Shown: positions 1 through 13,787 of the stretch, in pieces | Layout of the letters: each line of letters starts with the position of its first letter | Position numbering within the stretch: the first letter of the stretch is position 1 | DNA from: Pseudomonadota bacterium | GTDB taxonomy: Bacteria; Pseudomonadota; Gammaproteobacteria; Burkholderiales; Usitatibacteraceae | DNA: 64,000 bases | Direction of reading: 5' to 3' | NCBI GenBank assembly: GCA_029781595.1 | Contig: JAKOWJ010000280.1 | Span: forward strand, 7,042-71,041 | The notes under the pieces: generated by a model | The model's input: only the letters and a program-made list of their open reading frames with translations | Told to the model about the DNA's origin: nothing | The model's database searches: none | Translations under genes and position numbers: made by a program

Positions 1-602
1 CGCGTCTCGGAGACGATGGCCGAGACGTCGGAGGCGAGGAAGTTCTCGCCCTCGCCCAGCCCCACGACCAGCGGGCAGCCCATGCGCGCGCCGACGACGG
101 TCTCCGGGTCGCCCAGGGCCACGACGCCGATGGCGTAGGCGCCGCGCAGGTCGCGCGCGGCGAGCTGCGTGGCGCGGAAGAGGTCGTGCCCGTCCCGGAA
201 GTAGTGGTGGACGAGGTGCGCGATCACCTCGGTGTCGGTCTGCGAGTCGAACGCGTAGCCCAGCGCCTTGAGGCGCTCGCGCTGCTCCTCGTGGTTCTCG
301 ATGATGCCGTTGTGCACCAGCGCGATCTCGCCGGAGGAGACGAGGGGGTGCGCGTTGGGCTCGGTGACGCCCCCGTGCGTGGCCCAGCGCGTGTGGGCGA
401 TGCCCACCATGCCGGAGAGGCCCTCGGCCTGCACGGCCTGCTGCATCTCGGCCACGCGGCCCACGCGGCGCACGCGCCGGATGCCGCCATTGAGAACCGC
501 AATGCCCGCGGAGTCGTAGCCTCGGTACTCCAGGCGCCGCAGGCCCTCGGTCAGGATGGGGACGACGTTGCGATGGGCGATGGCCCCGACGATGCCGCAC
601 AT
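1..602 (-). CDS. glmS: Glutamine--fructose-6-phosphate aminotransferase, N-terminal part (runs off the window edge)
   Basis: Not in the ORF track. The minus strand from ATG at 602 reads [33 protein letters not shown]...HTRWATHG...HNGIIEN, the class II glutamine amidotransferase signature. Confidence 0.97.
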   Translation of the reverse strand, partial: MCGIVGAIAHRNVVPILTEGLRRLEYRGYDSAGIAVLNGGIRRVRRVGRVAEMQQAVQAEGLSGMVGIAHTRWATHGGVTEPNAHPLVSSGEIALVHNGIIENHEEQRERLKALGYAFDSQTDTEVIAHLVHHYFRDGHDLFRATQLAARDLRGAYAIGVVALGDPETVVGARMGCPLVVGLGEGENFLASDVSAIVSET

Positions 603-620
603 GGCCGGGATTTTCTCATG

Positions 621-658
621 AAAAACGAAGCCCTCCGCGGCAGGGCCGGGGAGGGCTT
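621..658 (-). terminator. Intrinsic terminator-like hairpin upstream of glmS
   Basis: AAGCCCTCC...GGAGGGCTT stem followed by CGTTTTT on the minus strand. Confidence 0.65.
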
Positions 659-729
659 AACGCGGGCGACGTGCTCTTGGCCTCACTTCGCCTGCCGATG
701 ACGGGATGAGGAGGAGGCCCGTGCATCTG
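621..729 (-). ncRNA. Candidate small RNA or terminated leader upstream of glmS, with a CCUCCUCC loop
   Basis: -10-like TACAGT at 741-736. Hairpin ACGGG-CCUCCUCCUCAU-CCCGU. Ends in a GC stem (628-636/650-658) plus U-tract. Confidence 0.45.
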
Positions 730-813
730 GGTACCACTGTAGGCGCTCGCGGCCCGCGGCGCGTCGACATACCCCACAGCGGGCGTGCCGAATATCCGAC
801 AGGTTTCCGGCCT

Positions 814-1926
814 TCAGGCCGGGGAGCGCCGGCCCAGGACCCGGCTCACGACGGCGGCGGCGACCAGGGTGGCCAGGATGGCGGCGGGCGGAAGGTGCCA
901 GCCCTGGCGCAGGGCCACGACCATGGCGGTGGCCGTGGCCGCGGCGCCCAGCGCCGCCACCACCGGCGCCATGGGGGGGGCGGACAGGATCACCAGCGCG
1001 GCCGCCGCGATGGCCAGGATCACCAGGGGCAGCGGGACGTCGCGCACGGGGGTGCCGTGCAGGAGCGTGCGCAGCGACTGGGCGTGCGCGAGCACCGCCG
1101 GCGACCGGCTCCCCGGCTGCTCCCATCCCGCGAGCGAGACGGGCTGCGGCACGCGCTCTTCCGGCGCCAGCACCGGCGCGAGGTAGACGACCCGCCCCCG
1201 GAACAGGCGCTCGAGTGCCGCCGCCTCCCGGATCTCCAGCAGGCGCCGCACCGGGATGTAGCGGTACGCCGGGCCCAGCGCGTAGTCGATGCGCCCTTCG
1301 GCGCAGGCGCCGCCCAGCACCGCGCAGAGCCAGCCCGCCGCCGTGGGCCAGGCGCCTTGCTGCGTGGGCAGCGCGAGGTCGAGATGGCGCACGACGCCGT
1401 CGCGGTCGCGCGGCAGCAGCGAGAAGGCCAGGGCCCGGGGCGCGTCCACGCCGCGCAGCAGCGGCTCGTGGATGGGCACCACCTCGCCGCGCCCGTCGAC
1501 CGTGATGCCGATCGCGAGCGGGGCCGCCGCGCGCGTCACCGCGAGGGCGGTGGCGAGCGCGCCGTCCAGGCCCGGCAGGCTCGCCTCCAGGGAGGCGCTC
1601 GGAAGCGGCGCGAGCAGCGCGACCGCGCGCGGGCGACCCTTGGCCACGCGCAGCAGCGTCTCCGGCAGGCGGCGAAGCGCCGCGAGGTCGGGGGGCACGT
1701 CCGAGGCGATGCCCGCATCATCCAGGCCGATCACCACGATGTCGTCGGGCGCGGCCTTCGGGCCCAGCGCGCGCAGCGCGCCGAAGCCCTGGTCGACCGC
1801 CCACTCGCTGGCCTGCTTCGCCCAGGGGGTGAGGTGGAACGCGAGACCCGCGAGCGCGAGCAGGGCGATGGAAATCGATGCCGCGAGGGGCGAGGAGCGT
1901 CGGGGCGTCGCGCGGTCGGGGGCCAT
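814..1926 (-). CDS. CHASE2-domain membrane protein with no cytoplasmic output domain
   Basis: N-terminal TM, then DDIVVIGLDD, DRDGVVR, FRGRVVYL and HAQSLRTLL motifs typical of CHASE2, then three C-terminal hydrophobic segments and a stop. Start 1926 preferred (TAAGAT -10 lies 7 nt upstream); 1935 possible. Confidence 0.75.
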   Translation of the reverse strand: MAPDRATPRRSSPLAASISIALLALAGLAFHLTPWAKQASEWAVDQGFGALRALGPKAAPDDIVVIGLDDAGIASDVPPDLAALRRLPETLLRVAKGRPRAVALLAPLPSASLEASLPGLDGALATALAVTRAAAPLAIGITVDGRGEVVPIHEPLLRGVDAPRALAFSLLPRDRDGVVRHLDLALPTQQGAWPTAAGWLCAVLGGACAEGRIDYALGPAYRYIPVRRLLEIREAAALERLFRGRVVYLAPVLAPEERVPQPVSLAGWEQPGSRSPAVLAHAQSLRTLLHGTPVRDVPLPLVILAIAAAALVILSAPPMAPVVAALGAAATATAMVVALRQGWHLPPAAILATLVAAAVVSRVLGRRSPA

Positions 1927-2000
1927 GGCCTGCATCTTAACGGCCCGGGGCCCGGGTGCTAGACTCGGCCCTTCCCCGCTATTCCCAGGCGTGCACGACC

Positions 2001-2654
2001 ATGACCGGCGAGCCTCCCAGCCCAGCCCAGTTGGCCGCGATCCCGGACGCCTTCGTGCGGCAGCTCGCGGCGCTGGGCCGGGTGCGCACCTACCCCAAGA
2101 ACACCGTCTTCATCACCGAGGGCGACTCGAGCGACGCGGTGTTCGTGGTGCTCTCCGGCAAGGTGAAGGCCTTCGTCTCCGACAGCGAGGGGCACGAGCT
2201 CATCCTCAACAACCAGGGGCCCGGCGACTACGTCGGCGAGATGGCGCTGGACGGCAAGCCGCGCTCCGCCTCGGTGGTCACGCTCGAGCCCTCGACCTTC
2301 GCGGTGGTGCAGCGCGAGCCGCTGCGCGAGGCGATCCGGCAGAACCCCGATTTCGCCCTCGAGATGATCGGCAAGGTGATCGAGCGGGCGCGCGAGGCCA
2401 CCGACAACGTGAAGAACCTCGCGCTGCTGGACGTGTACGGGCGCGTGGCGCGGCTGCTCCTGAACCTCGCCGTCGAGACGGTGGACGGCAAGCAGCGCAT
2501 CCCGGAGAGGATCACCCAGCAGGAGATCGCCGAGCGCGTGGGCGCCTCGCGCGACATGGTGAGCCGCATCTTCCGCGACCTCACCGTCGGCGGCTACATC
2601 ACCGTCGACAACCGGATCATCACCATCAACAAGAAGCCGCCGGCGAAGTGGTAG
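2001..2654 (+). CDS. Crp/Fnr-family transcriptional regulator
   Basis: cNMP-binding motif GEMALDGKPRSASV and C-terminal HTH ITQQEIAERVGASRDMVSRIF. Confidence 0.93.
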   Translation: MTGEPPSPAQLAAIPDAFVRQLAALGRVRTYPKNTVFITEGDSSDAVFVVLSGKVKAFVSDSEGHELILNNQGPGDYVGEMALDGKPRSASVVTLEPSTFAVVQREPLREAIRQNPDFALEMIGKVIERAREATDNVKNLALLDVYGRVARLLLNLAVETVDGKQRIPERITQQEIAERVGASRDMVSRIFRDLTVGGYITVDNRIITINKKPPAKW

Positions 2655-2765
2655 GCGGCGGGAACGATGTTCGACCGGTCGGCAGGCCGCCGGTCAACAT
2701 CGGCGAGCGGCAGTCTCCGTTTCGGGCGTTCGAGGCCGCCGGCGAAGCGGTGAGCGGCGGGAACG
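2636..2765 (+). repeat. 31-bp imperfect direct repeat (2636-2666, 2735-2765) duplicating the 3' end of the Crp gene
   Basis: GCCGCCGGCGAAGTGGTAGGCGGCGGGAACG vs GCCGCCGGCGAAGCGGTGAGCGGCGGGAACG, 28/31 identical. Confidence 0.85.
2659..2702 (+). repeat. 44-bp REP-like hairpin element, copy 1
   Basis: CGGGAA-CGATGTT-C-GACCGG-loop-CCGGTC-AACATCG; same architecture as the element at 7199-7242 (minus). Confidence 0.55.
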
Positions 2766-4133
2766 CTATTTCCTCGGCCGCTTCCAGCCGGGCTTGGAGA
2801 CCTGCTTCGCCTCGGTGAGCGTGAGCCCGCCCGGCGGCACGTCCTTCACGATGGTGGCGCCCGCGCCCACGGTGGCGCCCTTGCCGACGGTCACGGGCGC
2901 GACGAGCTGCACGTCCGAGCCGATGTGCACGTCGTCCTCGATCACCGTGCGGTGCTTGTTCGCGCCGTCGTAGTTGCAGGTGATGGTGCCGGCGCCGATG
3001 TTCACGTCGCGGCCCACCGTGGCGTCGCCCACGTAGGCGAGGTGGTTGGCCTTGCTGCCGCGGCCCAGGGTGCTCGCCTTCACCTCGACGAAGTTGCCGA
3101 CGTGCACCTCGTCGGCGAGCTCGGTGCCCGGGCGGATGCGCGCGTAGGGGCCGATGCGCGCCCGCTCGCCCACGCTCGCCTCCTCCAGCACGCAGTACGG
3201 GCGGATCTCGGTGCCGGCGCCCACGCTCACCTCGCGCAGCACGCAGCCTGCGCCCACGCTCACCCCGTCGCCCAGCGTGACGCGCCCCTCGAAGAGGCAG
3301 TTCGCGTCGATGAAGACGTCCTCGCCGCAGGCGAGCTCGCCGCGCACGTCGAGGCGCGCCGGGTCCGCGAGCGTGACGCCCGCGTCCAGGAGCGCATTGG
3401 CGCGGTCGAGCTGCACCAGGCGCTCGAGGCGCGCCAGCTCGCGCTTGGAGTTGACGCCCAGGCACTCGGTGGCCGACTGCGGGCGGCGCACGGCCACCGG
3501 GCAGCCGTCGGCCACCGCGGCGCCGACGATGTCCGTGAGGTAGTACTCGCCCTGCACGTTGGCGTTGCCGATGCTCTCGAGCCACTTCTCCAGCCGCGCG
3601 AAGGGCGCGGCCACGACACCGGTGTTCACCTCGCGGATGGCTCGCTCGGCTTCGGTGGCGTCCCGCTCCTCGACGATGCGCGCCACGCGCCCGGAGCCGT
3701 CGCGCACCACGCGGCCGTAGCCCCTGGGGTCGTCGACCTCCTGCGTGAGGATCGCGAGCTGGTTCTCGGCGGCCGCGTCCACCAGCGAGCGAAGCGTGCC
3801 GGTGGCGATGCGTGGCACGTCGCCGTAGAGCACCAGGACCACGCCGGACCTCTCGAGGCGGGGCATCGCCTGCATGACCGCGTGCGCGGTGCCGAGCTGG
3901 CGATCCTGGACGACCCAGGCGACATCCGGCGCATCCAGGCGCGCGGCCACCGCCTCTCCCCCGTGGCCGATCACGACCGCGAGGCGCCCGGGCGCCAGGC
4001 GCCGCGCCGACTCCAGCACGTGCAGCAGCATGGGCCGGCCGGCCAGCGGGTGCAGGACCTTGGGCAGGCGCGAGTGCATGCGCTTGCCCTTGCCGGCGGC
4101 GAGAACGACGACCTGGAGCGGTTGGGTGGTCAT
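2766..4133 (-). CDS. glmU: Bifunctional UDP-GlcNAc pyrophosphorylase / glucosamine-1-phosphate acetyltransferase
   Basis: [28 protein letters not shown], hexapeptide repeats, GTITCNYDG. Confidence 0.97.
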   Translation of the reverse strand: MTTQPLQVVVLAAGKGKRMHSRLPKVLHPLAGRPMLLHVLESARRLAPGRLAVVIGHGGEAVAARLDAPDVAWVVQDRQLGTAHAVMQAMPRLERSGVVLVLYGDVPRIATGTLRSLVDAAAENQLAILTQEVDDPRGYGRVVRDGSGRVARIVEERDATEAERAIREVNTGVVAAPFARLEKWLESIGNANVQGEYYLTDIVGAAVADGCPVAVRRPQSATECLGVNSKRELARLERLVQLDRANALLDAGVTLADPARLDVRGELACGEDVFIDANCLFEGRVTLGDGVSVGAGCVLREVSVGAGTEIRPYCVLEEASVGERARIGPYARIRPGTELADEVHVGNFVEVKASTLGRGSKANHLAYVGDATVGRDVNIGAGTITCNYDGANKHRTVIEDDVHIGSDVQLVAPVTVGKGATVGAGATIVKDVPPGGLTLTEAKQVSKPGWKRPRK

Positions 4134-4152
4134 GCGGGCGATGCGACGGGGC

Positions 4153-4185
4153 AAATAAAAAGGGCAGGATCGCTCGATCCTGCCC
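4153..4185 (-). terminator. Intrinsic terminator downstream of the atp operon
   Basis: GGGCAGGATC-GAGC-GATCCTGCCC followed by TTTTTATTT. Confidence 0.85.
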
Positions 4186-4302
4186 GAACATGTTGCGCCT
4201 CTAAATCAAGGAGCTTCGTGATCTCCCCCTCAACCCAGACATCGGACCCGGTTCGGCCGGGGCCCGCTGCTTCGGTCCTGCCTCGAGTACGGCGCGAGAC
4301 AG
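4153..4302 (-). ncRNA. Candidate structured small RNA or attenuator between atpC and glmU
   Basis: Extended -10 TGATACAAT (4316-4308). Two GC hairpins, a purine-rich middle and a perfect terminator. Confidence 0.5.
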
Positions 4303-4348
4303 GTGCCATTGTATCACGGCGGGGTCGCCCGGCCGACCCCCGCGGCCG

Positions 4349-4771
4349 CTAGCGGACCTGCCGCAGCCGCTTGATGGCGGCGAGCTGGGCCACGGACTCG
4401 GCCAGCACCGCCTGCGCCTCGGCGATCTCCATGTCGCCGGTGCGGTTGTTCAGCGCCTCCTCGGCCGCGCGCTTGGCCTCGAGGGCCTTGGCCTCGTCCA
4501 GGTTCTCGGCGCGCACCGACGTGTCGGCCAGCACCGTCACCACGTGCGGCTGGATCTCCATCATGCCGCCGGAGACGTAGATGATCTCCTCGCGCTCCTC
4601 GCCGGGCCGCTTGATGCGCACGGTGCCCGGGCGGATGCGCGTGAGGAGCGCGGCGTGCTCGGGCAGCACGCCCAGCTCGCCCGCCTCGCCGGGCGCCACG
4701 ATCATCTCGGCCTCGCCGGAGAAGATCGCCTGCTCGGCGCTGACGATGTCGACGTGAAGGGTCTTGGCCAT
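4349..4771 (-). CDS. atpC: F0F1 ATP synthase epsilon subunit
   Basis: LHVDIVSAE...[10 protein letters not shown], last gene of the atp operon. Confidence 0.97.
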   Translation of the reverse strand: MAKTLHVDIVSAEQAIFSGEAEMIVAPGEAGELGVLPEHAALLTRIRPGTVRIKRPGEEREEIIYVSGGMMEIQPHVVTVLADTSVRAENLDEAKALEAKRAAEEALNNRTGDMEIAEAQAVLAESVAQLAAIKRLRQVR

Positions 4772-4777
4772 GGCGGC

Positions 4778-6265
<1,488 letters not shown>

Positions 6266-7141
6266 TCAGACCGCGGCCGCGCCGCCGACGATCTCCGAGA
6301 GCTCCTTGGTGATCGCCGCCTGGCGGGACTTGTTGTAGACGAGGGTGAGCTGGTCGATCACGCTCGAGGCGTTGTCGCTGGCGGCCTTCATGGCCACCAT
6401 GCGCGCCGACTGCTCGCTGGCGATGTTCTCGGCGAGCGCGCCGTAGACGATGGACTCGAGGTAGCGGGTGAGCAGCTGGTCCAGCACGGTCTTCGCGTCC
6501 GGCTCGTACAGGTAGTCCCAGCCGCCGCGCGTGGTGCGGTCGGTGGCCTCCAGGCGCGCGGCGTTGAGCGGCAGCAGCTGCTCGACCACCGGCTCCTGCT
6601 TCATCGTGTTGATGAAGCGCGTGTAGATCACGAAGATGGCGCCGATCTCGCCCTTGTTGTAGGCCTCGACCATCACGCGCACGGGGCCCACGAGCCTGTC
6701 CAGGTGGGGCGTGTCGCCGACGTGCGTGAGGTGCGAGACGACCTGCCCGCCCACGCGCTGCAGGAACGAGAAGCCCTTGTTGCCGAAGGCGGTGTAGCGG
6801 ACCTTGCGGCCTTCCTCCTGCCACTCCTTCACCTTGCCCGTGAGCAGGCGAAGGGCGTTCGTGTTCAGGCCCCCGCACAGCCCCTTGTCGGAGGTGACGA
6901 GGATCACGCCCACGTCCTTCACGTCCTCGCGCCGCACCAGGTACGGGTGCCGGTACTCGGGATTGGCGCTGGCCAGGTGCGCGGCGATGTTGCGGATCTT
7001 GTCGCCGTAGGGGCGCGAGTGGCGCATGCGCTCCTGGGCCTTCCTCATCTTGGAGGCCGCGACCATCTCCATGGCCTTGGTGATCTTGCGCGTGTTCTGC
7101 ACGCTCTTGATCTTGGTGCGGATTTCCTTGGAGCCGGCCAT
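6266..7141 (-). CDS. atpG: F0F1 ATP synthase gamma subunit
   Basis: [38 protein letters not shown]. Confidence 0.98.
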   Translation of the reverse strand: MAGSKEIRTKIKSVQNTRKITKAMEMVAASKMRKAQERMRHSRPYGDKIRNIAAHLASANPEYRHPYLVRREDVKDVGVILVTSDKGLCGGLNTNALRLLTGKVKEWQEEGRKVRYTAFGNKGFSFLQRVGGQVVSHLTHVGDTPHLDRLVGPVRVMVEAYNKGEIGAIFVIYTRFINTMKQEPVVEQLLPLNAARLEATDRTTRGGWDYLYEPDAKTVLDQLLTRYLESIVYGALAENIASEQSARMVAMKAASDNASSVIDQLTLVYNKSRQAAITKELSEIVGGAAAV

Positions 7142-7198
7142 CTCGTCGCCCTTGTTTGCCGGTCGCCCGGCGCGATCCCTGCGGTGTTCCTGCCTGGT

Positions 7199-7242
7199 CG
7201 TGTTGAGCGGCGCCTAGAGCGCCCGCTCCAACACGGTTCCCG
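7199..7242 (-). repeat. 44-bp REP-like hairpin element, copy 2, in the atpA-atpG spacer
   Basis: CGGGAA-CCGTGTT-G-GAGCGG-loop-CCGCTC-AACACG on the minus strand. Confidence 0.55.
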
Positions 7243-7253
7243 ATGCCTGCCGT

Positions 7254-8795
<1,542 letters not shown>

Positions 8796-8823
8796 GGAAA
8801 GCTCCGGAAACGGTTGTGCTGCT

Positions 8824-9360
8824 TCAGTGCGCGAGAGCGACGGACATCTGCTCGAGCGCGTCGCGCATGGAGGCGTGGATCACCTCGTCGCCGACGTGGA
8901 TGCGTGCGCCGCCGATGAGCGAGGCGTCGATCTCCACCGTCGCCTCGATCGTGCGGCCGTACTTGCGGCCAATGGCCGCCACCAGGTCGTCGCGCTCGGC
9001 GCCGGCGAGCTCGCGCGCGCTCACGATGCGCACCTTGAGGACGGCGTCGTGCGCGCGCTTGAGCGACTCGAACTGGGCGGCGATCTCCGGAAGGAGCGAG
9101 GCGCGCGCGCCCTCGACCAGGATCGTCACGAGGTTGCGCACGGGCGCGGGCAGGCCTTCGCCGCCCACGCCGAAGAACACCTCGAGCTTCTGGGCCCGGG
9201 TGAGGCGCGGGTTGCCCAGGGCGTCCGCCATGCGGGGCTCGGCGGCGATCTGGCCGGCGAGCGAGAGCGCGGCGGACCAGCCGCGAAGGTCCCGGGCCTC
9301 GAGCGCCGAGCGGAAGGCGGCCTCGGCGTAGGGGCGGGCGAGGGTGGCGATCTCGGCCAT
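8824..9360 (-). CDS. atpH: F0F1 ATP synthase delta subunit
   Basis: [16 protein letters not shown]; operon position. Confidence 0.95.
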   Translation of the reverse strand: MAEIATLARPYAEAAFRSALEARDLRGWSAALSLAGQIAAEPRMADALGNPRLTRAQKLEVFFGVGGEGLPAPVRNLVTILVEGARASLLPEIAAQFESLKRAHDAVLKVRIVSARELAGAERDDLVAAIGRKYGRTIEATVEIDASLIGGARIHVGDEVIHASMRDALEQMSVALAH

Positions 9361-9368
9361 GGCGGCTC

Positions 9369-9839
9369 CTAGAGCTGCGCCTTGAGCTTGCCGAGCATCT
9401 CGGCGTGCGCCCGGGCGTCGACCTCGCGCTGCAGGATCTTCTCCGCGCCGGCGACGGCGAGGGAGGCGACCTGCTCGCGCAGCTCCGTCTTGGCCTTGGC
9501 GAGCTCGGAGGCGATCTGCTCTCGCGCGCCGGCGATCATGCGGTCGGCCTCGGCCTTGGCGGCGTCGCGGGCTTCCTCGATGATCTGCGCGGCCCGCTTC
9601 TCGGTCTCGCCCAGCATCGTGGAGGCGCGCTCGCGCGCGGCCTTCACCTCGGCGTCGCCCTTGCGCTCGGCCTCGACGAGGGCCGCCTTGCCCTTCTCGG
9701 CGGCCGCCAGGCCGTCGGAGATGCGCCTGTTGCGCTCCTCGATGGCGTTGGCGAGCGGCGGCCAGATGAACTTGGCCGCGAACCAGATGAGCAGCGCGAA
9801 GGAGAGTGCCTGGACGAACAGGGTCGCGGTGATGTTCAT
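9369..9839 (-). CDS. atpF: F0F1 ATP synthase subunit b
   Basis: MNITATL...KFIWPPL, single TM plus coiled coil, 156 aa. Confidence 0.96.
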   Translation of the reverse strand: MNITATLFVQALSFALLIWFAAKFIWPPLANAIEERNRRISDGLAAAEKGKAALVEAERKGDAEVKAARERASTMLGETEKRAAQIIEEARDAAKAEADRMIAGAREQIASELAKAKTELREQVASLAVAGAEKILQREVDARAHAEMLGKLKAQL

Positions 9840-9867
9840 GGCAACGGCCCTTTCGTGGATCCCGGAG

Positions 9868-11465
<1,598 letters not shown>

Positions 11466-11497
11466 TCAAAAGTTGCCGCAACGCAATATCGGGGCCC

Positions 11498-12355
11498 TCA
11501 GCGCCGCCGCAGGCGGGCGACGATGCCGTCCAGCTGCTCCAGGCTGGCGTAGCCGATCACGACGGTTCCCTTGCCCGAGGCGCGGGGCTTGAGGGTCACG
11601 GAAGCGCCCAGCGATTCGCTCAGCTCCTCCTGCAGCCGCCGGGCGTCCGCGTCGAGCCGGCCCGGGGCGCTCTTGCCGCCGGCCTTGGGAGGGTGGGCGA
11701 CGTGCTGCACCAGGCGCTCGGTCTCGCGCACCGAAAGGCCCCTGGCGGCCACCTGCTCGGCGAGCTCGACCTGCTTCGCCTTGCCCACACCCAGGAGCGC
11801 GCGCGCGTGCCCCATGTCCAGGCGCCCTTCCTGCAGCATGTCCTGGACGGGACGGGCCAGCTCCAGCAGGCGCAGCAGGTTGGTCACCGCGCTGCGCGAG
11901 CGGCCGACCGCCTTGGCCACCTCGTCGTGGGTGAGGCGGAACTCGTCGATGAGGCGCTTGAGGCCCGCCGACTCCTCGATGGGGTTGAGGTCCTCGCGCT
12001 GGATGTTCTCGATGAGTCCGATGCCCAGGGCCGCCTCGTCCGGCACTTCCCGCACCAGGGCGGGGATGCGCTCGAGTCCCGCGAGCTGCGCCGCGCGCCA
12101 GCGGCGCTCGCCCGCCAGGATCTCGTAGCCGCCGTCGTCGACGGGTCGCACCACCACGGGCTGCAGGACGCCGCGGGCCCGGATGGACTCCGCGAGCTCG
12201 GCGAGGGAGGCCTGGTCCATGCGCGTGCGCGGCTGGTACTTGCCGGGCCGGAGCGAACCCACGGCGAGCTGCGAGAGCTCGCCGTCCGCCCGCGGCCGGG
12301 TGCCGCCGCCGAGGAGCGCGTCCAGGCCCCGTCCGAGCCCCTTGTGCTTGGTCAT
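11498..12355 (-). CDS. parB: Chromosome partitioning protein ParB
   Basis: KGLGRGLDALL, YQPR, GERRWRAA, IENIQREDLNPIEE. Confidence 0.97.
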   Translation of the reverse strand: MTKHKGLGRGLDALLGGGTRPRADGELSQLAVGSLRPGKYQPRTRMDQASLAELAESIRARGVLQPVVVRPVDDGGYEILAGERRWRAAQLAGLERIPALVREVPDEAALGIGLIENIQREDLNPIEESAGLKRLIDEFRLTHDEVAKAVGRSRSAVTNLLRLLELARPVQDMLQEGRLDMGHARALLGVGKAKQVELAEQVAARGLSVRETERLVQHVAHPPKAGGKSAPGRLDADARRLQEELSESLGASVTLKPRASGKGTVVIGYASLEQLDGIVARLRRR

Positions 12356-13155
12356 GCGGGTTCCGCCTTTTCGAGAGTGGAGGCGTCCACGGGCGAGCCG
12401 CTGCGGGCGAGCAGCTCGCGCGCGAACGCGAGGTGGGCGTGGGCGCCCTTGGAGGCCGGGTCGTGCAGCAGCACGGGCTTGCCGAAGGAGGGCGCCTCGG
12501 CGATGCGGATGTTGCGGGGGATGACGGTGTCGAACACCTTGTCGCCGTAGTGGCGCTTGAGCTCGTCCGAGACCTGCACCGTGAGCGTGCTGCGCGGGTC
12601 GTACATCGTGCGCACCAGCGCCTCGATCTCGATGCGCGGGTTGAGGTTCTGCTTCACCTTGCGCAGCGTCCCCACCAGGTCCGACAGGCCCTCCAGCGCG
12701 TAGTACTCGCACTGCATCGGGATGATCACCGCGTCGGCGGCCGTGAAGCCGTTCACCGTGAGCATGTTGAGGGCGGGCGGGCAGTCGATCACCACGTAGT
12801 CGTAGTCGTCGCGCACCGGCGCCAGCGCCTCGCGCAGCCGGTACTCGCGCCGCTCCAGCCCGATCAGCTCCACCTCCGCGCCCGCGAGCTCGCGGTTGGA
12901 GCCGACGACGTCGTAGCCGCCCTCGGCCGGCAGCCGCGCCTCGGCCACGCCGTGCTCGCCCAGCACCACGCCGTAGACGTGGCGCTCGAGCGCGGCCTTG
13001 TCGATGCCGCTGCCCGTGGTGGCGTTGCCCTGCGGGTCCAGGTCCACGAGCAGCACGCGCCGCCCGTAGTGCGCGAGGCTCGCGCAGAGGTTCACGGCGA
13101 TGGAGGTCTTGCCGACGCCACCCTTCTGGTTGGCGATCACGTACGTGCGGGCCAT
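12352..13155 (-). CDS. parA: Chromosome partitioning ATPase ParA
   Basis: NQKGGVGKT, DLDPQGNAT, QCEYYALEGL. Confidence 0.97.
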   Translation of the reverse strand: MARTYVIANQKGGVGKTSIAVNLCASLAHYGRRVLLVDLDPQGNATTGSGIDKAALERHVYGVVLGEHGVAEARLPAEGGYDVVGSNRELAGAEVELIGLERREYRLREALAPVRDDYDYVVIDCPPALNMLTVNGFTAADAVIIPMQCEYYALEGLSDLVGTLRKVKQNLNPRIEIEALVRTMYDPRSTLTVQVSDELKRHYGDKVFDTVIPRNIRIAEAPSFGKPVLLHDPASKGAHAHLAFARELLARSGSPVDASTLEKAEPA

Positions 13156-13787
13156 CAGGCGGCTTTCAGGAGGACGAGGTGGCGCTGGGCCTCGAGGGTG
13201 GGGACGCGCAGGGGAATCACGTTCTCGATGCGGTGCGTGGCGGGCAGGCGCGCGATCTCCTCGTAGGGGTGCACGCCCTTCATCGCGAGCAGCCGCCCGC
13301 CCGGCGCCACGAGGTGCGCGGCCTGCGAGACGAAGTCGGCGAGCTCCGCGAAGGCGCGGGAGACCACCACGTCGAAGCCGATCCCGGGCCGCCAGCCTTC
13401 GACCCGCTCGCAGGCCACCGCCACGTTGGCGAGGCGCAGCTCCGCCACGGCCTGGCGCAGGAACGTCGCCTTCTTGTGGCTCGCGTCGAGCAGCGTCACC
13501 TCGAGGTCGGGGCGGGCGAGGGCCACGGGGATGCCGGGCAGGCCCGCGCCGGTGCCCACGTCCAGGAGCGTGCGGGCGTGGTCGAGGTGGGGCAGGATCG
13601 CCAGGCTGTCGAGCAGGTGCAGCACCACCATCTGCGCGGGCTCGCGCACGGCGGTGAGGTTGTGCACGCGGTTCCACTTGGCGAGCAGCTGCACGTAGGC
13701 GATCAGGCGCTGCTGCGTGGCCTCGTCCAGGGCGAGCCCCAGGTCGCGCAGGCCCGAGGCGAGTGCCGCTTCCAGTGCCGCGCTCAT
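13155..13787 (-). CDS. rsmG: 16S rRNA m7G527 methyltransferase
   Basis: [25 protein letters not shown]. Confidence 0.96.
   Translation of the reverse strand: MSAALEAALASGLRDLGLALDEATQQRLIAYVQLLAKWNRVHNLTAVREPAQMVVLHLLDSLAILPHLDHARTLLDVGTGAGLPGIPVALARPDLEVTLLDASHKKATFLRQAVAELRLANVAVACERVEGWRPGIGFDVVVSRAFAELADFVSQAAHLVAPGGRLLAMKGVHPYEEIARLPATHRIENVIPLRVPTLEAQRHLVLLKAA

Noticed and set aside
603..813. glmS ribozyme upstream of glmS
   Set aside because: An AGCGCC occurs on the sense strand, but the following core (ARCU...GACGAGG) is missing.
4262..4285. SRP (4.5S) RNA, suggested by CAGGACCGAAGCAGC on the minus strand
   Set aside because: Lacks the GGAA tetraloop helix (CAGGUCCGGAAGGAAGCAGC) and the long SRP rod structure.
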